Origin: Patescibacteria group bacterium
GTDB taxonomy: Bacteria > Patescibacteriota > Patescibacteriia > UBA1558 > GWA2-36-10
Direction of reading: 5' to 3'
Assembly (NCBI GenBank): GCA_041665505.1
Contig: JBAYIR010000001.1
Span: 83,108 to 147,107, forward strand
DNA: 64,000 nt
Shown here: positions 26,328-34,760 of the stretch, in pieces
How positions within the stretch are numbered: position 1 is the first letter of the stretch
How the letters are laid out: each line of letters starts with the position of its first letter
Translations under genes and position numbers: made by a program
Notes under the pieces: model-generated
Database searches by the model: none
The model's input: the letters and a program-made list of their open reading frames with translations, nothing else
What the model was told of the DNA's origin: nothing

Positions 26328-27782
26328 TTAAGGTATATCTTGCCAACCAATTTTGGCTGGTGGTCTATTATTTTTAAAATTATCAGCATTAGGAATTGGT
26401 ATAGCATCTTCACTTATTTCTGGCGGGGGAAGGGTATTTTGATATTCTCGATCTAGGTTTTTAAAAGATACTTTACTTTCATCAAAAAACAATCGACAAA
26501 TACCAGTTGGACCATTTCTATGCTTATCAATATGTATTTCAGCTATATTTCTTTCTTCATCAGGGCAATCACGTGATTTGTCTTTGGATTTTCTGTATAT
26601 AAACATCACAATATCAGCATCTTGCTCAATAGATCCAGATTCACGAAGATCAGCTAGTTTTGGTATGGCTGGGCTTCTAGATTCTACAGCACGAGAAAGC
26701 TGAGAAAGAGCCAAAACAGGGATATCTAGTTCACGAGCAATTTGTTTGAGAGAACGAGAGATTTTGGAAATTTCTTGGACTCTATTTTCAGAATTGGTAT
26801 CACCTTCCATAAGTTGTAGATAGTCAATCACCAAAAAGCCAAGATTGTGTTCCATTTTTAAGCGTCTGGCTTTGGTGCGGATTTCCATGACATTGGCATT
26901 GGCACTGTCGTCAATAAATATTGGTGCTTCTGACAATATGCCCATAGCCCGACCAATGCGCGGGAAATCATCATCTTCTTCTTTATCAGACAATTTTCCA
27001 GTGCGCATTTTCCAAAGATCTACCTCAGCTTCAGCGGCCAGTAATCTATCAACTAATTGTTCTTTACTCATTTCCAAAGAAAATATACCAACTGGTACTT
27101 TGGCTTTAACGGCAATATTTCTAGCAATATCTAAAGCAAAAGTCGTTTTACCTAAAGATGGACGAGCAGCCAAGATAATCAAATCAGAGTTTTGAAAACC
27201 AGATAGTCTACTATCTAGGTCGTTAAAACCACTAGGAATGCCGCGAGTGCCGTGGCCACCTGATTTGTGTAGTTCATCTATACGATTGAAAGTTTCAGTC
27301 AAAACACTTTTGATTGGTATAAAATTTTTCTTGAGTGATTCTTGGGAAATAGCAAAAAGTTTTTGTTCAGCTTTATCTAATAATTGGCTGACATCTTGGT
27401 CTTCAGAAAAACTAAACTCAGATATTTCGCTAGCGGCACGTTCTAGTTTTCTTAGAGTAGATTTTTTGCGGATAATATCAGCGTAGGATACAGCGTGAGA
27501 TGAATTTGGTACGCCGGCAGTAAGTTCGGCTAAATAAGCTTTACCGCCTACATTGTTTAACTGTTTTTTTTCAGCTAGTCTATTACCAACAGATAAAATA
27601 TCAGCCGGTTCATGCTTTTCAAATAAGTCCAAAATAGCCTGATAGATCAGACCGTTGGCTTCTTTGTAGAAATCACTGGTGCGTAAAGTATCACCAATCT
27701 TGATAATAGTTTCTTTATCAAGTAGTAAGGCGCCCAAAAGTGAACTCTCGGCTTCTAAATTTTGAGGAGGTATTTTACTCAT
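26328..27782 (-). CDS. dnaB: replicative DNA helicase DnaB
   Basis: 484 aa; PQNLEAESSLLGALLL N-terminus, Walker A ARPSLGKTT, RecA-like C-terminal domain. Confidence 0.9.
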   Translation of the reverse strand: MSKIPPQNLEAESSLLGALLLDKETIIKIGDTLRTSDFYKEANGLIYQAILDLFEKHEPADILSVGNRLAEKKQLNNVGGKAYLAELTAGVPNSSHAVSYADIIRKKSTLRKLERAASEISEFSFSEDQDVSQLLDKAEQKLFAISQESLKKNFIPIKSVLTETFNRIDELHKSGGHGTRGIPSGFNDLDSRLSGFQNSDLIILAARPSLGKTTFALDIARNIAVKAKVPVGIFSLEMSKEQLVDRLLAAEAEVDLWKMRTGKLSDKEEDDDFPRIGRAMGILSEAPIFIDDSANANVMEIRTKARRLKMEHNLGFLVIDYLQLMEGDTNSENRVQEISKISRSLKQIARELDIPVLALSQLSRAVESRSPAIPKLADLRESGSIEQDADIVMFIYRKSKDKSRDCPDEERNIAEIHIDKHRNGPTGICRLFFDESKVSFKNLDREYQNTLPPPEISEDAIPIPNADNFKNNRPPAKIGWQDIP

Positions 27783-27855
27783 GCCTGTATTAATTCGTAG
27801 GCTTAGCTTAACTCATTTTTCCTTATTTTTCAAGCTTTTTTATAGACAGTTTATG

Positions 27856-27885
27856 CCCAAATAAAAAACAGCCTTTTGGCTGATA
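27856..27885 (-). terminator. terminator following trailer copy 2 (minus strand)
   Basis: minus strand reads cagcc-aaaa-ggctg followed by ttttttatttg. Confidence 0.45.
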
Positions 27886-27890
27886 TTTAA

Positions 27891-28003
27891 GTGTCCTTCG
27901 GTTCGCTATGCTCACTCAGGACATTCGACACCTTATATTTTAATTTACTTTTGTGGTCGAAGACCATGAGCGAAGTTCTGCAAAGCAGAACGGAGTCGAA
28001 TGG
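27891..28003 (-). ncRNA. conserved structured tRNA 3'-trailer element, copy 2 (inverted relative to copy 1)
   Basis: Reverse complement is identical to copy 1 over ~95 nt except two substitutions, both in hairpin loops (tc->tt, tgc->ttc); begins at the tRNA-Lys CCA. Confidence 0.5.
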
Positions 28004-28077
28004 TGCGCCCAGAGGGATTCGAACCCCCGACCGTTTGCTTAAAAGGCAACTGCTCTACCAGGCTGAGCTATAGGCGC
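28001..28077 (-). tRNA. tRNA-Lys (anticodon TTT), CCA encoded
   Basis: Reverse complement GCGCCTATAGCTCAGCCTGGTAGAGCAGTTGCCTTTTAAGCAAACGGTCGGGGGTTCGAATCCCTCTGGGCGCACCA folds as cloverleaf, anticodon loop CTTTTAA. Confidence 0.85.
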
Positions 28078-28206
28078 GTATGAAAAATTAAAATTTGTAA
28101 ATTATCAATGATCTGGCCTATCTATCTTGGAGGCGAAGCCTGGAAGGCTGCCTGTCCCGCGTAGCTTTAGCGAAGCGGGGAGCTATAGGCGCATGTTTTT
28201 TTGAGC

Positions 28207-28232
28207 TACCTGCCTGCCGGCAGGCAGGTAGG
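28207..28232. repeat. perfect 26-bp palindrome ctacctgcctgc-cg-gcaggcaggtag, flanked by partial copies of the tRNA-Lys 5' end
   Basis: Seen directly; taggcgcgtatgaaaaattaaa at 28232-28253 repeats 28071-28092; gagctataggcgca at 28182-28195 repeats tRNA positions 1-13. Confidence 0.6.
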
Positions 28233-28298
28233 CGCGTATGAAAAATTAAATGTAAAATACGGAGATTAGTATATACATTTTTGTTTGTATTGTCAATA

Positions 28299-30110
28299 TT
28301 ACATTATCTCTGGTGCTTTGATACCAAGTAGAGCTAGACCATCTTTTAAGACATTTTTGGTGAGTTTAGAAATAGCTAGTCTAATTTGTTTGCTTGACTG
28401 GCCTTCGGCATTTAAAACGCTATGTTGTTGGTAAAAATTATTATATGTTTTAGCTAAATCAAATAAATATTGAGAAATCAAAGAAGGGTTTTTATCAATA
28501 GCTGCTTTTTGAATAATATTGGTAAATATTAATAAAGTTTTGACTAATTTTCGTTCTTCTTTATTAAAATTAAAATCTTTTATTTTAGTCAAATTATTTA
28601 TTTTGTCACCTTTTTTTAGCATCGTTGAAATTCTAGCATGGGTATATTGAATAAAAGTACCAGTGTAACCGTCAAAAGAGATGGACTGAGCTGGTTTGAA
28701 AACTATATTTTTTTGTGGATTGGTAGCTAGCATAAAAAATTTAAGAGCTCCTAAACCCACAATTTTTGAGATATCTTCTTTTTGCTCTTCAGAACTATCA
28801 ACTTTTTTCTCGGCTTTACTCATAATTTCTTTGGCCGAATTTATCATCGTTGTTATCAGCTCATCAGCGTCAGCTGTCTTGCCTTCACGGGATTTTATTT
28901 TGCCACCAGGTAAAGAAACCATGCCGTATGATAGGTGATATAAATTTTTGGCCCAGTCAAAGCCTAATTTTTGTAAAGTCAAAAATAATACTTTAAAGTG
29001 ATATTCTTGTTCATTGGCTACCACATAGATAGCTTGGTCAAATTTGAATTTTTTGTATCTACTTTCAGCTGTGCCCAAATCTTGAGTAATATAAACTGAT
29101 GTGCCATCAGAGCGCAAGACTATTTTTTGATCCAAACCATCACTAGTCAAGTCTATCCAAATAGAGCCATCATCTTTTTGAAAAAATACTTTTTGTTTTA
29201 GACCTTTGGTTATTATATCTTTGCCTAGTAGATAATTTTCAGATTCAAAATCCAAATGGTCAAATTCAATGCCTAAATCATGATAAGTTTTGTCATAACC
29301 AATATAAACCCAATCATTCATAGTCTTCCAGAGCTGATATACTTGAGGATCGTTGTTCTCCCAAGCCAATAACATGGCTCTAGCTTTTTTCATCCAACTG
29401 GAGTGATCTAAAAATTTTTCTTCAGTTTTTTTGCGTTCTAAATTATCCAATTTATCTAAGTCAATATTATTTTTAGCATAATATTTTTCGGCTTCCTCTT
29501 TGAGTAATTGACCAAACTTTACATAATATTTACCGACCAAATGGTCTCCTTTAATACCAGATGATTGGGGAGTTTCACCATTACCAAATTCTTGCCAGGC
29601 CAGCATACTTTTTACAATATGAATGCCGCGGTCATTGATAATATTGACAGCCGTAGTTTTGTAGCCAGCGGCTCTAAAGATATTGACTAGCGCTTGGCCG
29701 ATACAATCATTACGGACATGACCGACATGTTGAGGTTTGTTGGTGTTTGGTCCAGAAAATTCGATTAGTATTTTTTTATTTTGTCCGTATTTGCTTTGAC
29801 CAAATTTTTTGTTTTTAGCTATTTGGTCAATAGATTCTTTGATAAAATCATTACTGACAAAAATATTGAGATAAGGGCCAATATTTTTTACTTGAGTTAT
29901 AGCTGCTCCAATTTGATATTTATCAGCTAGTTCTTTGGCAATGGTGACTGGATTTTGACCTAATTTTTCGGCTAAGTCAAAACAGGGGAAAGCATAATCT
30001 CCTAATTCTTCTTGTGGGGGATAGTCTAAATCAAAATCATCTATTTTTTGCTGATAGATAGCTTTTAAATTAATCCTAATGTCTTGTTTGATTTTAGCAA
30101 TAGCGTCCAT
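28299..30110 (-). CDS. argS: arginyl-tRNA synthetase
   Basis: 603 aa class I aaRS; PNTNKPQHVGHVRN HIGH-region as in ArgS. Confidence 0.8.
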   Translation of the reverse strand: MDAIAKIKQDIRINLKAIYQQKIDDFDLDYPPQEELGDYAFPCFDLAEKLGQNPVTIAKELADKYQIGAAITQVKNIGPYLNIFVSNDFIKESIDQIAKNKKFGQSKYGQNKKILIEFSGPNTNKPQHVGHVRNDCIGQALVNIFRAAGYKTTAVNIINDRGIHIVKSMLAWQEFGNGETPQSSGIKGDHLVGKYYVKFGQLLKEEAEKYYAKNNIDLDKLDNLERKKTEEKFLDHSSWMKKARAMLLAWENNDPQVYQLWKTMNDWVYIGYDKTYHDLGIEFDHLDFESENYLLGKDIITKGLKQKVFFQKDDGSIWIDLTSDGLDQKIVLRSDGTSVYITQDLGTAESRYKKFKFDQAIYVVANEQEYHFKVLFLTLQKLGFDWAKNLYHLSYGMVSLPGGKIKSREGKTADADELITTMINSAKEIMSKAEKKVDSSEEQKEDISKIVGLGALKFFMLATNPQKNIVFKPAQSISFDGYTGTFIQYTHARISTMLKKGDKINNLTKIKDFNFNKEERKLVKTLLIFTNIIQKAAIDKNPSLISQYLFDLAKTYNNFYQQHSVLNAEGQSSKQIRLAISKLTKNVLKDGLALLGIKAPEIM

Positions 30111-30224
30111 TTATTTGGGGATTTTTATTATATAAAATAATTATAACAAAATTTGAATTTATTTAATAGGGTAAATTTTACTCTGATAGCAATAAAATTC
30201 CAGCTTAGATTTTTGGATTTTTTA

Positions 30225-30233
30225 TGTTATAAT
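30225..30233 (+). promoter_or_regulatory. extended -10 promoter (TGtTATAAT) placing TSS at or next to the ATG of the P-type ATPase (leaderless)
   Basis: tgttataat at 30225-30233; ATG at 30240 is 7 nt downstream; no SD possible. Confidence 0.45.
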
Positions 30234-30239
30234 ATAGAC

Positions 30240-32906
30240 ATGTCAAAAAATGATATTACTTGGCACAATTTGAATTCAGCCAAAGTTTTTAAGTTATTAA
30301 ATTCTTCTCCTAAAGGCCTTAATCATTCTGAAGCAAAAAAGAGTTTGGATAAGATTGGATTTAATACTTTGGCTTCGGCTGATAAATTTTCGGTGGCGAC
30401 TTTATTTTTTTCTCAATTTAAGAGTGCTTTAGTTTATGTACTGGTTATTGCTGGTATAATATCAATTATTTTTGGTGAATATATAGATGCTTATGTTATT
30501 TTTGCGGCGGTCATGATAAATGTAGTGGTTGGTTTTGTTCAAGAATTTAAAGCCAATAAATCTCTAGAAAAATTAAATAAAATTGTTAAAAAAGAAATTT
30601 TGGTACTAAGAGATGGCCAGAAAAATAAAATAGAAGCTAAATATTTGGTACCAGGTGATATCATCATACTGGAGTCAGGTAATAGAATACCAGCTGATGC
30701 CAGACTGATTGAAATTAATGATTTTGAAGTAAATGAAGCTACTTTGACTGGAGAATCTTGGCCAGTCAAAAAAAGTTTAGAGATTTTGGATGTGGGGACA
30801 GTTCTAGCAGAAAGAAATAATATGGTTTTTATGGGTACTTTGGTAGTGGAAGGTAGAGCTCAGGCAATGGTGGTCAGTACCGGTTTTGCTACTGAGATGG
30901 GTAAAATCACAGTAATGCTCAAAGAGACTAAAGAGGAAAAAACGCCATTACAGCAAAAATTAGATGATTTTGCCAAGAGTATTACTAAAATAATTGTGTT
31001 TATTTCCTTGTTGTTATTTATTTTTGGTTTACTAAAAGGTTATTCTTGGGTGGAGATGTTTACTTTGGCTGTAGCCGTGACTGTTTCAGCTATTCCAGAG
31101 GGGCTGGTGATTAGTATGACGATGATACTGACAGTCGGTATGCAGAGAATTCTAAAACACAAAGGCTTGGTTAGACGTTTGGTATCAGCTGAAACGCTTG
31201 GTTCAACTACGGTAATTTGTACAGATAAAACCGGCACTTTGACAGAGGGGGAAATGAGAGTGACAAGTGTCGTAACTAATAAAATTCAATTTGATTTATC
31301 AGCTGGATCTTTGAGGGATTTGGAGTCTAATAATGAATTAAAATATATTATCCAAATTGCCTTTTTTTGTAATGATGCCATAGTACAAAATCCTAACGCT
31401 TCTGGTGAGGATTGGGTAGTAATAGGTTCTCCTACTGAAAAAGCTTTGATGATATTTGGTGCCAATAACCCAAATATTTCTGAGGAGCAAAAGAAGATGA
31501 AACGTTTGGGAGAAATTCCTTTTGATCATCAAAGGAAATTTATGATGACTAGATATCATCATAATAGTGAATATGATATTGTTTTTATCAAAGGCGCGCC
31601 GGAGAGAGTTTTGTCTTATGCCAGTCAGTATTTGCATGATGATAAAGCTGTCAAAATGTCTAACACCAAGGAAGTTTATTTTGATACTCAATGGCAAGCA
31701 CTTAGCAAACAAGGTTTGAGAGTTTTAGCTGGCGCTTATAAATTAGTACCAAAAAATTATAATCTAGATGATTTAAAAGACAGTCCTCGAGATTTTGTTT
31801 TTGTTGGTATTTGGGGCTTGTCTGATCCGCTCCGCAAAGAGGCTAAAAGAAGTTTACAAGATACTTTGAGTGCTGGTATTAATACAGTAATTATTACTGG
31901 GGATAATAAATTTACTGCTAGAAGTATTGCCAAAGATTTGGGTCTAAGTTTTGAAGATGACAGTGTAATAACTGGTGATGAACTATTAAAAATGACTGAC
32001 GAAGAGTTAAATAAAAGAGTCAGAAATATAAAAGTCTATGCTCGGGTCAGCCCTAGTGATAAGTTGCGTATTATCAAGGCTTGGCAAAGTAAAGGCGAAA
32101 TAGTGTCAATGACTGGTGACGGAGTAAATGATGCTCCAGCCCTTAAAGCCGCTGATATTGGTGTGGCAGTGTCTAGTGGTTCGGATGTGGCCAAAGAAAC
32201 AGCTGACTTGGTTCTATTGGATAATAATTTTGAAACTATAGTCATGGCCATTAAAGAGGGGCGAGTAATTTTTGATAATTTACGCAAAGTGATATTATAT
32301 CTTTTATCCAATGGTCTATCTGAAGTGATTATTTTGGTTGGAGGCATGGTATTACAATTGCCATTGCCTTTATTGGCTGCTCAGATTTTATGGGTCAATT
32401 TGATTAGTGATGGTTTTCCAGCTTTGTCTTTGACTATGGAGCCAGAAGATGAAGATATTATGAATAGAAAACCTAGAAAACAAAATTCTTTGCTAGATTT
32501 TAAGGGTAAATTTTTGATTATTTTGATTAGTTTAGTGACTGGTTTTTCTAATTTATGGCTCTTCTGTTATGTCTATAAAAGCACAGGTGATGAAGAATTA
32601 GCTAGGACAGTGACTTTTACCGCTTTAGGTTTAAATACTTTATTCTACGTCTTTAGTATTAAAAATTTGGAGAAAAATATTTTAAACTCCAAGCCCTTTA
32701 AAAATAAATATTTGAATGGGGCGGTCTTGGTAGGTATTATAGTTCAAGTTTTAGCTATTTATTTACCAGTGTTAAATAAATTTCTTCATACAGTTCCTCT
32801 AGGTATTAAAGAATGGCAGTTGGTGCTAGCAGCAGTAGTCGGTGTGGTAGTGCTTATTGAAATAGTTAAGATGATATTTATTTATTTTCAGAGAAGAAAA
32901 AAATAA
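30240..32906 (+). CDS. P-type cation-transporting ATPase (type IIA Ca2+/Mg2+-like)
   Basis: 888 aa from MSKND (track ORF starts 30153 but upstream residues read through the promoter); ICTDKTGTLTEGEM phosphorylation motif, TGDGVNDAPAL hinge, ~10 TM segments. Confidence 0.85.
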   Translation: MSKNDITWHNLNSAKVFKLLNSSPKGLNHSEAKKSLDKIGFNTLASADKFSVATLFFSQFKSALVYVLVIAGIISIIFGEYIDAYVIFAAVMINVVVGFVQEFKANKSLEKLNKIVKKEILVLRDGQKNKIEAKYLVPGDIIILESGNRIPADARLIEINDFEVNEATLTGESWPVKKSLEILDVGTVLAERNNMVFMGTLVVEGRAQAMVVSTGFATEMGKITVMLKETKEEKTPLQQKLDDFAKSITKIIVFISLLLFIFGLLKGYSWVEMFTLAVAVTVSAIPEGLVISMTMILTVGMQRILKHKGLVRRLVSAETLGSTTVICTDKTGTLTEGEMRVTSVVTNKIQFDLSAGSLRDLESNNELKYIIQIAFFCNDAIVQNPNASGEDWVVIGSPTEKALMIFGANNPNISEEQKKMKRLGEIPFDHQRKFMMTRYHHNSEYDIVFIKGAPERVLSYASQYLHDDKAVKMSNTKEVYFDTQWQALSKQGLRVLAGAYKLVPKNYNLDDLKDSPRDFVFVGIWGLSDPLRKEAKRSLQDTLSAGINTVIITGDNKFTARSIAKDLGLSFEDDSVITGDELLKMTDEELNKRVRNIKVYARVSPSDKLRIIKAWQSKGEIVSMTGDGVNDAPALKAADIGVAVSSGSDVAKETADLVLLDNNFETIVMAIKEGRVIFDNLRKVILYLLSNGLSEVIILVGGMVLQLPLPLLAAQILWVNLISDGFPALSLTMEPEDEDIMNRKPRKQNSLLDFKGKFLIILISLVTGFSNLWLFCYVYKSTGDEELARTVTFTALGLNTLFYVFSIKNLEKNILNSKPFKNKYLNGAVLVGIIVQVLAIYLPVLNKFLHTVPLGIKEWQLVLAAVVGVVVLIEIVKMIFIYFQRRKK

Positions 32907-32907
32907 C

Positions 32908-33663
32908 ATGGAAAGTTTATTTATAAAAAATAGAAAAGGTCAAAATATTTCAGTTGATTTGAGCAGAAGTGCTAATCAAAAAGCTTTGGCTTTTGTCATG
33001 CCTGGTTTAGGAAATATAAAAGAAGAAATTCACATTCAAACTTTTGTAGAAAGTTTTTTGACTAAGGATTTTACAGTTGTGACTTTTGATGTGACAAATG
33101 GCGTAGGCCAGAGCGATGGTGATTATAGTCAAGCTACTTTCACTGGTTATTATAATGATTTAGTTGATGTTATAACTTGGGCCAAGTCACAAGATTGGTA
33201 TCAGGAGCCTTTTGTTTTGCTAGGACATAGTATGGGTGGCGGTTGTATTTTACGTTACGCCGCTGATCAGCCAAAAAAAGTATTTGGCTTAGCACCAATT
33301 TCTACTGTGATTGGTGGTCATCAGACTTTGGCCAAATTTGGTCGAGATGACTTACCAGCTACTAAGATAGAAAAAGGGAAAAAAATAATTAAAAAAATAG
33401 ACTGGGAGCCATTTGAAAAAGATATCTTACAATATGATATAGTGCCAGAAGCTCACAAGTTTGTGATGCCGGTTTTGATGATGGTAGGAGAAAATGATAG
33501 AGGCACGCCTTTGGAAGACCAAATTAAACTTTATGAAGGTCTGCCTGGTGATAAAGAAATTCATGTTATAAAAAATGCCCCACACACTTTTGTAGAGGCC
33601 AAGCATTTAGCAGAAATAAAAGAAATTTTTCATAATTGGATAGATACTAAGATATTAAAATAA
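32908..33663 (+). CDS. alpha/beta-fold hydrolase (esterase/dienelactone-hydrolase-like)
   Basis: 251 aa; nucleophile elbow LLGHSMGGG; C-terminal His region. Confidence 0.55.
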   Translation: MESLFIKNRKGQNISVDLSRSANQKALAFVMPGLGNIKEEIHIQTFVESFLTKDFTVVTFDVTNGVGQSDGDYSQATFTGYYNDLVDVITWAKSQDWYQEPFVLLGHSMGGGCILRYAADQPKKVFGLAPISTVIGGHQTLAKFGRDDLPATKIEKGKKIIKKIDWEPFEKDILQYDIVPEAHKFVMPVLMMVGENDRGTPLEDQIKLYEGLPGDKEIHVIKNAPHTFVEAKHLAEIKEIFHNWIDTKILK

Positions 33664-33685
33664 TAATTATATTTTTATAGCTCTC

Positions 33686-33730
33686 AATATACAGTGAGGG
33701 CTATTTTTGTTTTGTTTATTTTTTTAAGAT
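33686..33730 (+). terminator. rho-independent terminator after hydrolase gene
   Basis: gctctca-atataca-gtgagggc stem (one G.U) followed by long T-rich run. Confidence 0.45.
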
Positions 33731-33890
33731 AAATATATTTGATTCAGCCATTCGCGAAGGGCTGGATTGACAAAATGGGGTTTTTGTGTTAAAAATTATA
33801 GTTATTCGCGATTCATAGGCTTTGGGCTTATGGGTCACTGTTCCCCAGGCAAGTTGAAGCACCCCGAACCGAACATGGAGGTTTTAAGTC

Positions 33891-34613
33891 ATGACTCGCA
33901 AGCCCGTGATTCAAACAGCTCTCGAAAGCCTTGACCGTCAGATTGATGACAGAGTGGTCATCGACATTGACGGCGATGTGGATGAGGCCCAGCACATGCT
34001 TTACGCGTTTCGCACTTCGGTGGAAGAGGTGATCTTCGAAGGAGACAACACCGAAGAGTGTCGTCGGCAGTGCCTGGCCAACCTGACCAAGGTCGGCTAC
34101 CTGGAAGAGGCCATCAAGGAGTTGATGACTTTCTCCAAGCGGAGTCGGCGAGCGGTTCGTCGGTGGCTCTATGGGGAAGTTGTTCCTCAGCGAGTTGATT
34201 GGCTGCGGTGGCAGTACTGGCTTCGCGCCAAGGGGTACTACACGCGCGAGCTTGACCACATGCCCAACAGCTTCTTCCAGTTGCGCAAGCACATCCTCTG
34301 TGGCGATATCAGCTTCGCGGTTGCCGCCAAGGAGCTTGGTTGCACTCAGAAGGTTCTTCGGGGCATTCTGAACAATGAGGTGGACAGAGCTGTGATCATC
34401 AGTATCATCGGCAATGTCCACCATCTGGTGGCCAAGATCAACCGGCAGATCAGCCATCGGGAGATTGTCGGTTACATGGAGGTCTATTTGGATTCCGACG
34501 GCGAGTTTGCCGAAGTGAATCGGCGCTACAACCTGGACAACCAGAAGCGTCGTCGTAAGGTGGCTCACAAAGCTGCCAAGGCTCGCCGCAAGGCCAGGTC
34601 TTCCAAGAGCTAG
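33891..34613 (+). CDS. high-GC hypothetical protein with strongly basic C-terminal tail (foreign cassette C)
   Basis: 240 aa; GGAGG 9 nt upstream of ATG; C-terminus KRRRKVAHKAAKARRKARSSKS suggests nucleic-acid binding; TTGACA at 33767 with weak TAAAAA -10 at 17 nt; GC-rich hairpin 34638-34670 downstream. Opposite-strand ORF 33828..34568 judged antisense artefact. Confidence 0.5.
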   Translation: MTRKPVIQTALESLDRQIDDRVVIDIDGDVDEAQHMLYAFRTSVEEVIFEGDNTEECRRQCLANLTKVGYLEEAIKELMTFSKRSRRAVRRWLYGEVVPQRVDWLRWQYWLRAKGYYTRELDHMPNSFFQLRKHILCGDISFAVAAKELGCTQKVLRGILNNEVDRAVIISIIGNVHHLVAKINRQISHREIVGYMEVYLDSDGEFAEVNRRYNLDNQKRRRKVAHKAAKARRKARSSKS

Positions 34614-34760
34614 GCCACCACGGCCAGCGGCTAGATTTACCCCGGACTGCGTCCAAGCAGCCCGGGGTAAAAAATTGTAAAAATTAAGGCAAAATTAGCC
34701 AGAATTATTAAGTTATGATATTATATATCAACAAATACACCTTAAATCAGGCTTTAGATT

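Noticed and set aside
23076-28077. Integrative/mobile element at tRNA genes (integrase, attL/attR direct repeats, transposase)
   Set aside because: No integrase-, recombinase- or transposase-like ORF anywhere in the window, and no duplicated tRNA 3' ends. The only tRNA-derived repeats are short 5'-end copies, reported as a finding.
33828-34568. 246-aa minus-strand ORF overlapping cassette C
   Set aside because: Antisense artefact of high-GC coding DNA; no promoter or SD; plus-strand ORF has GGAGG plus ATG and a credible protein sequence.
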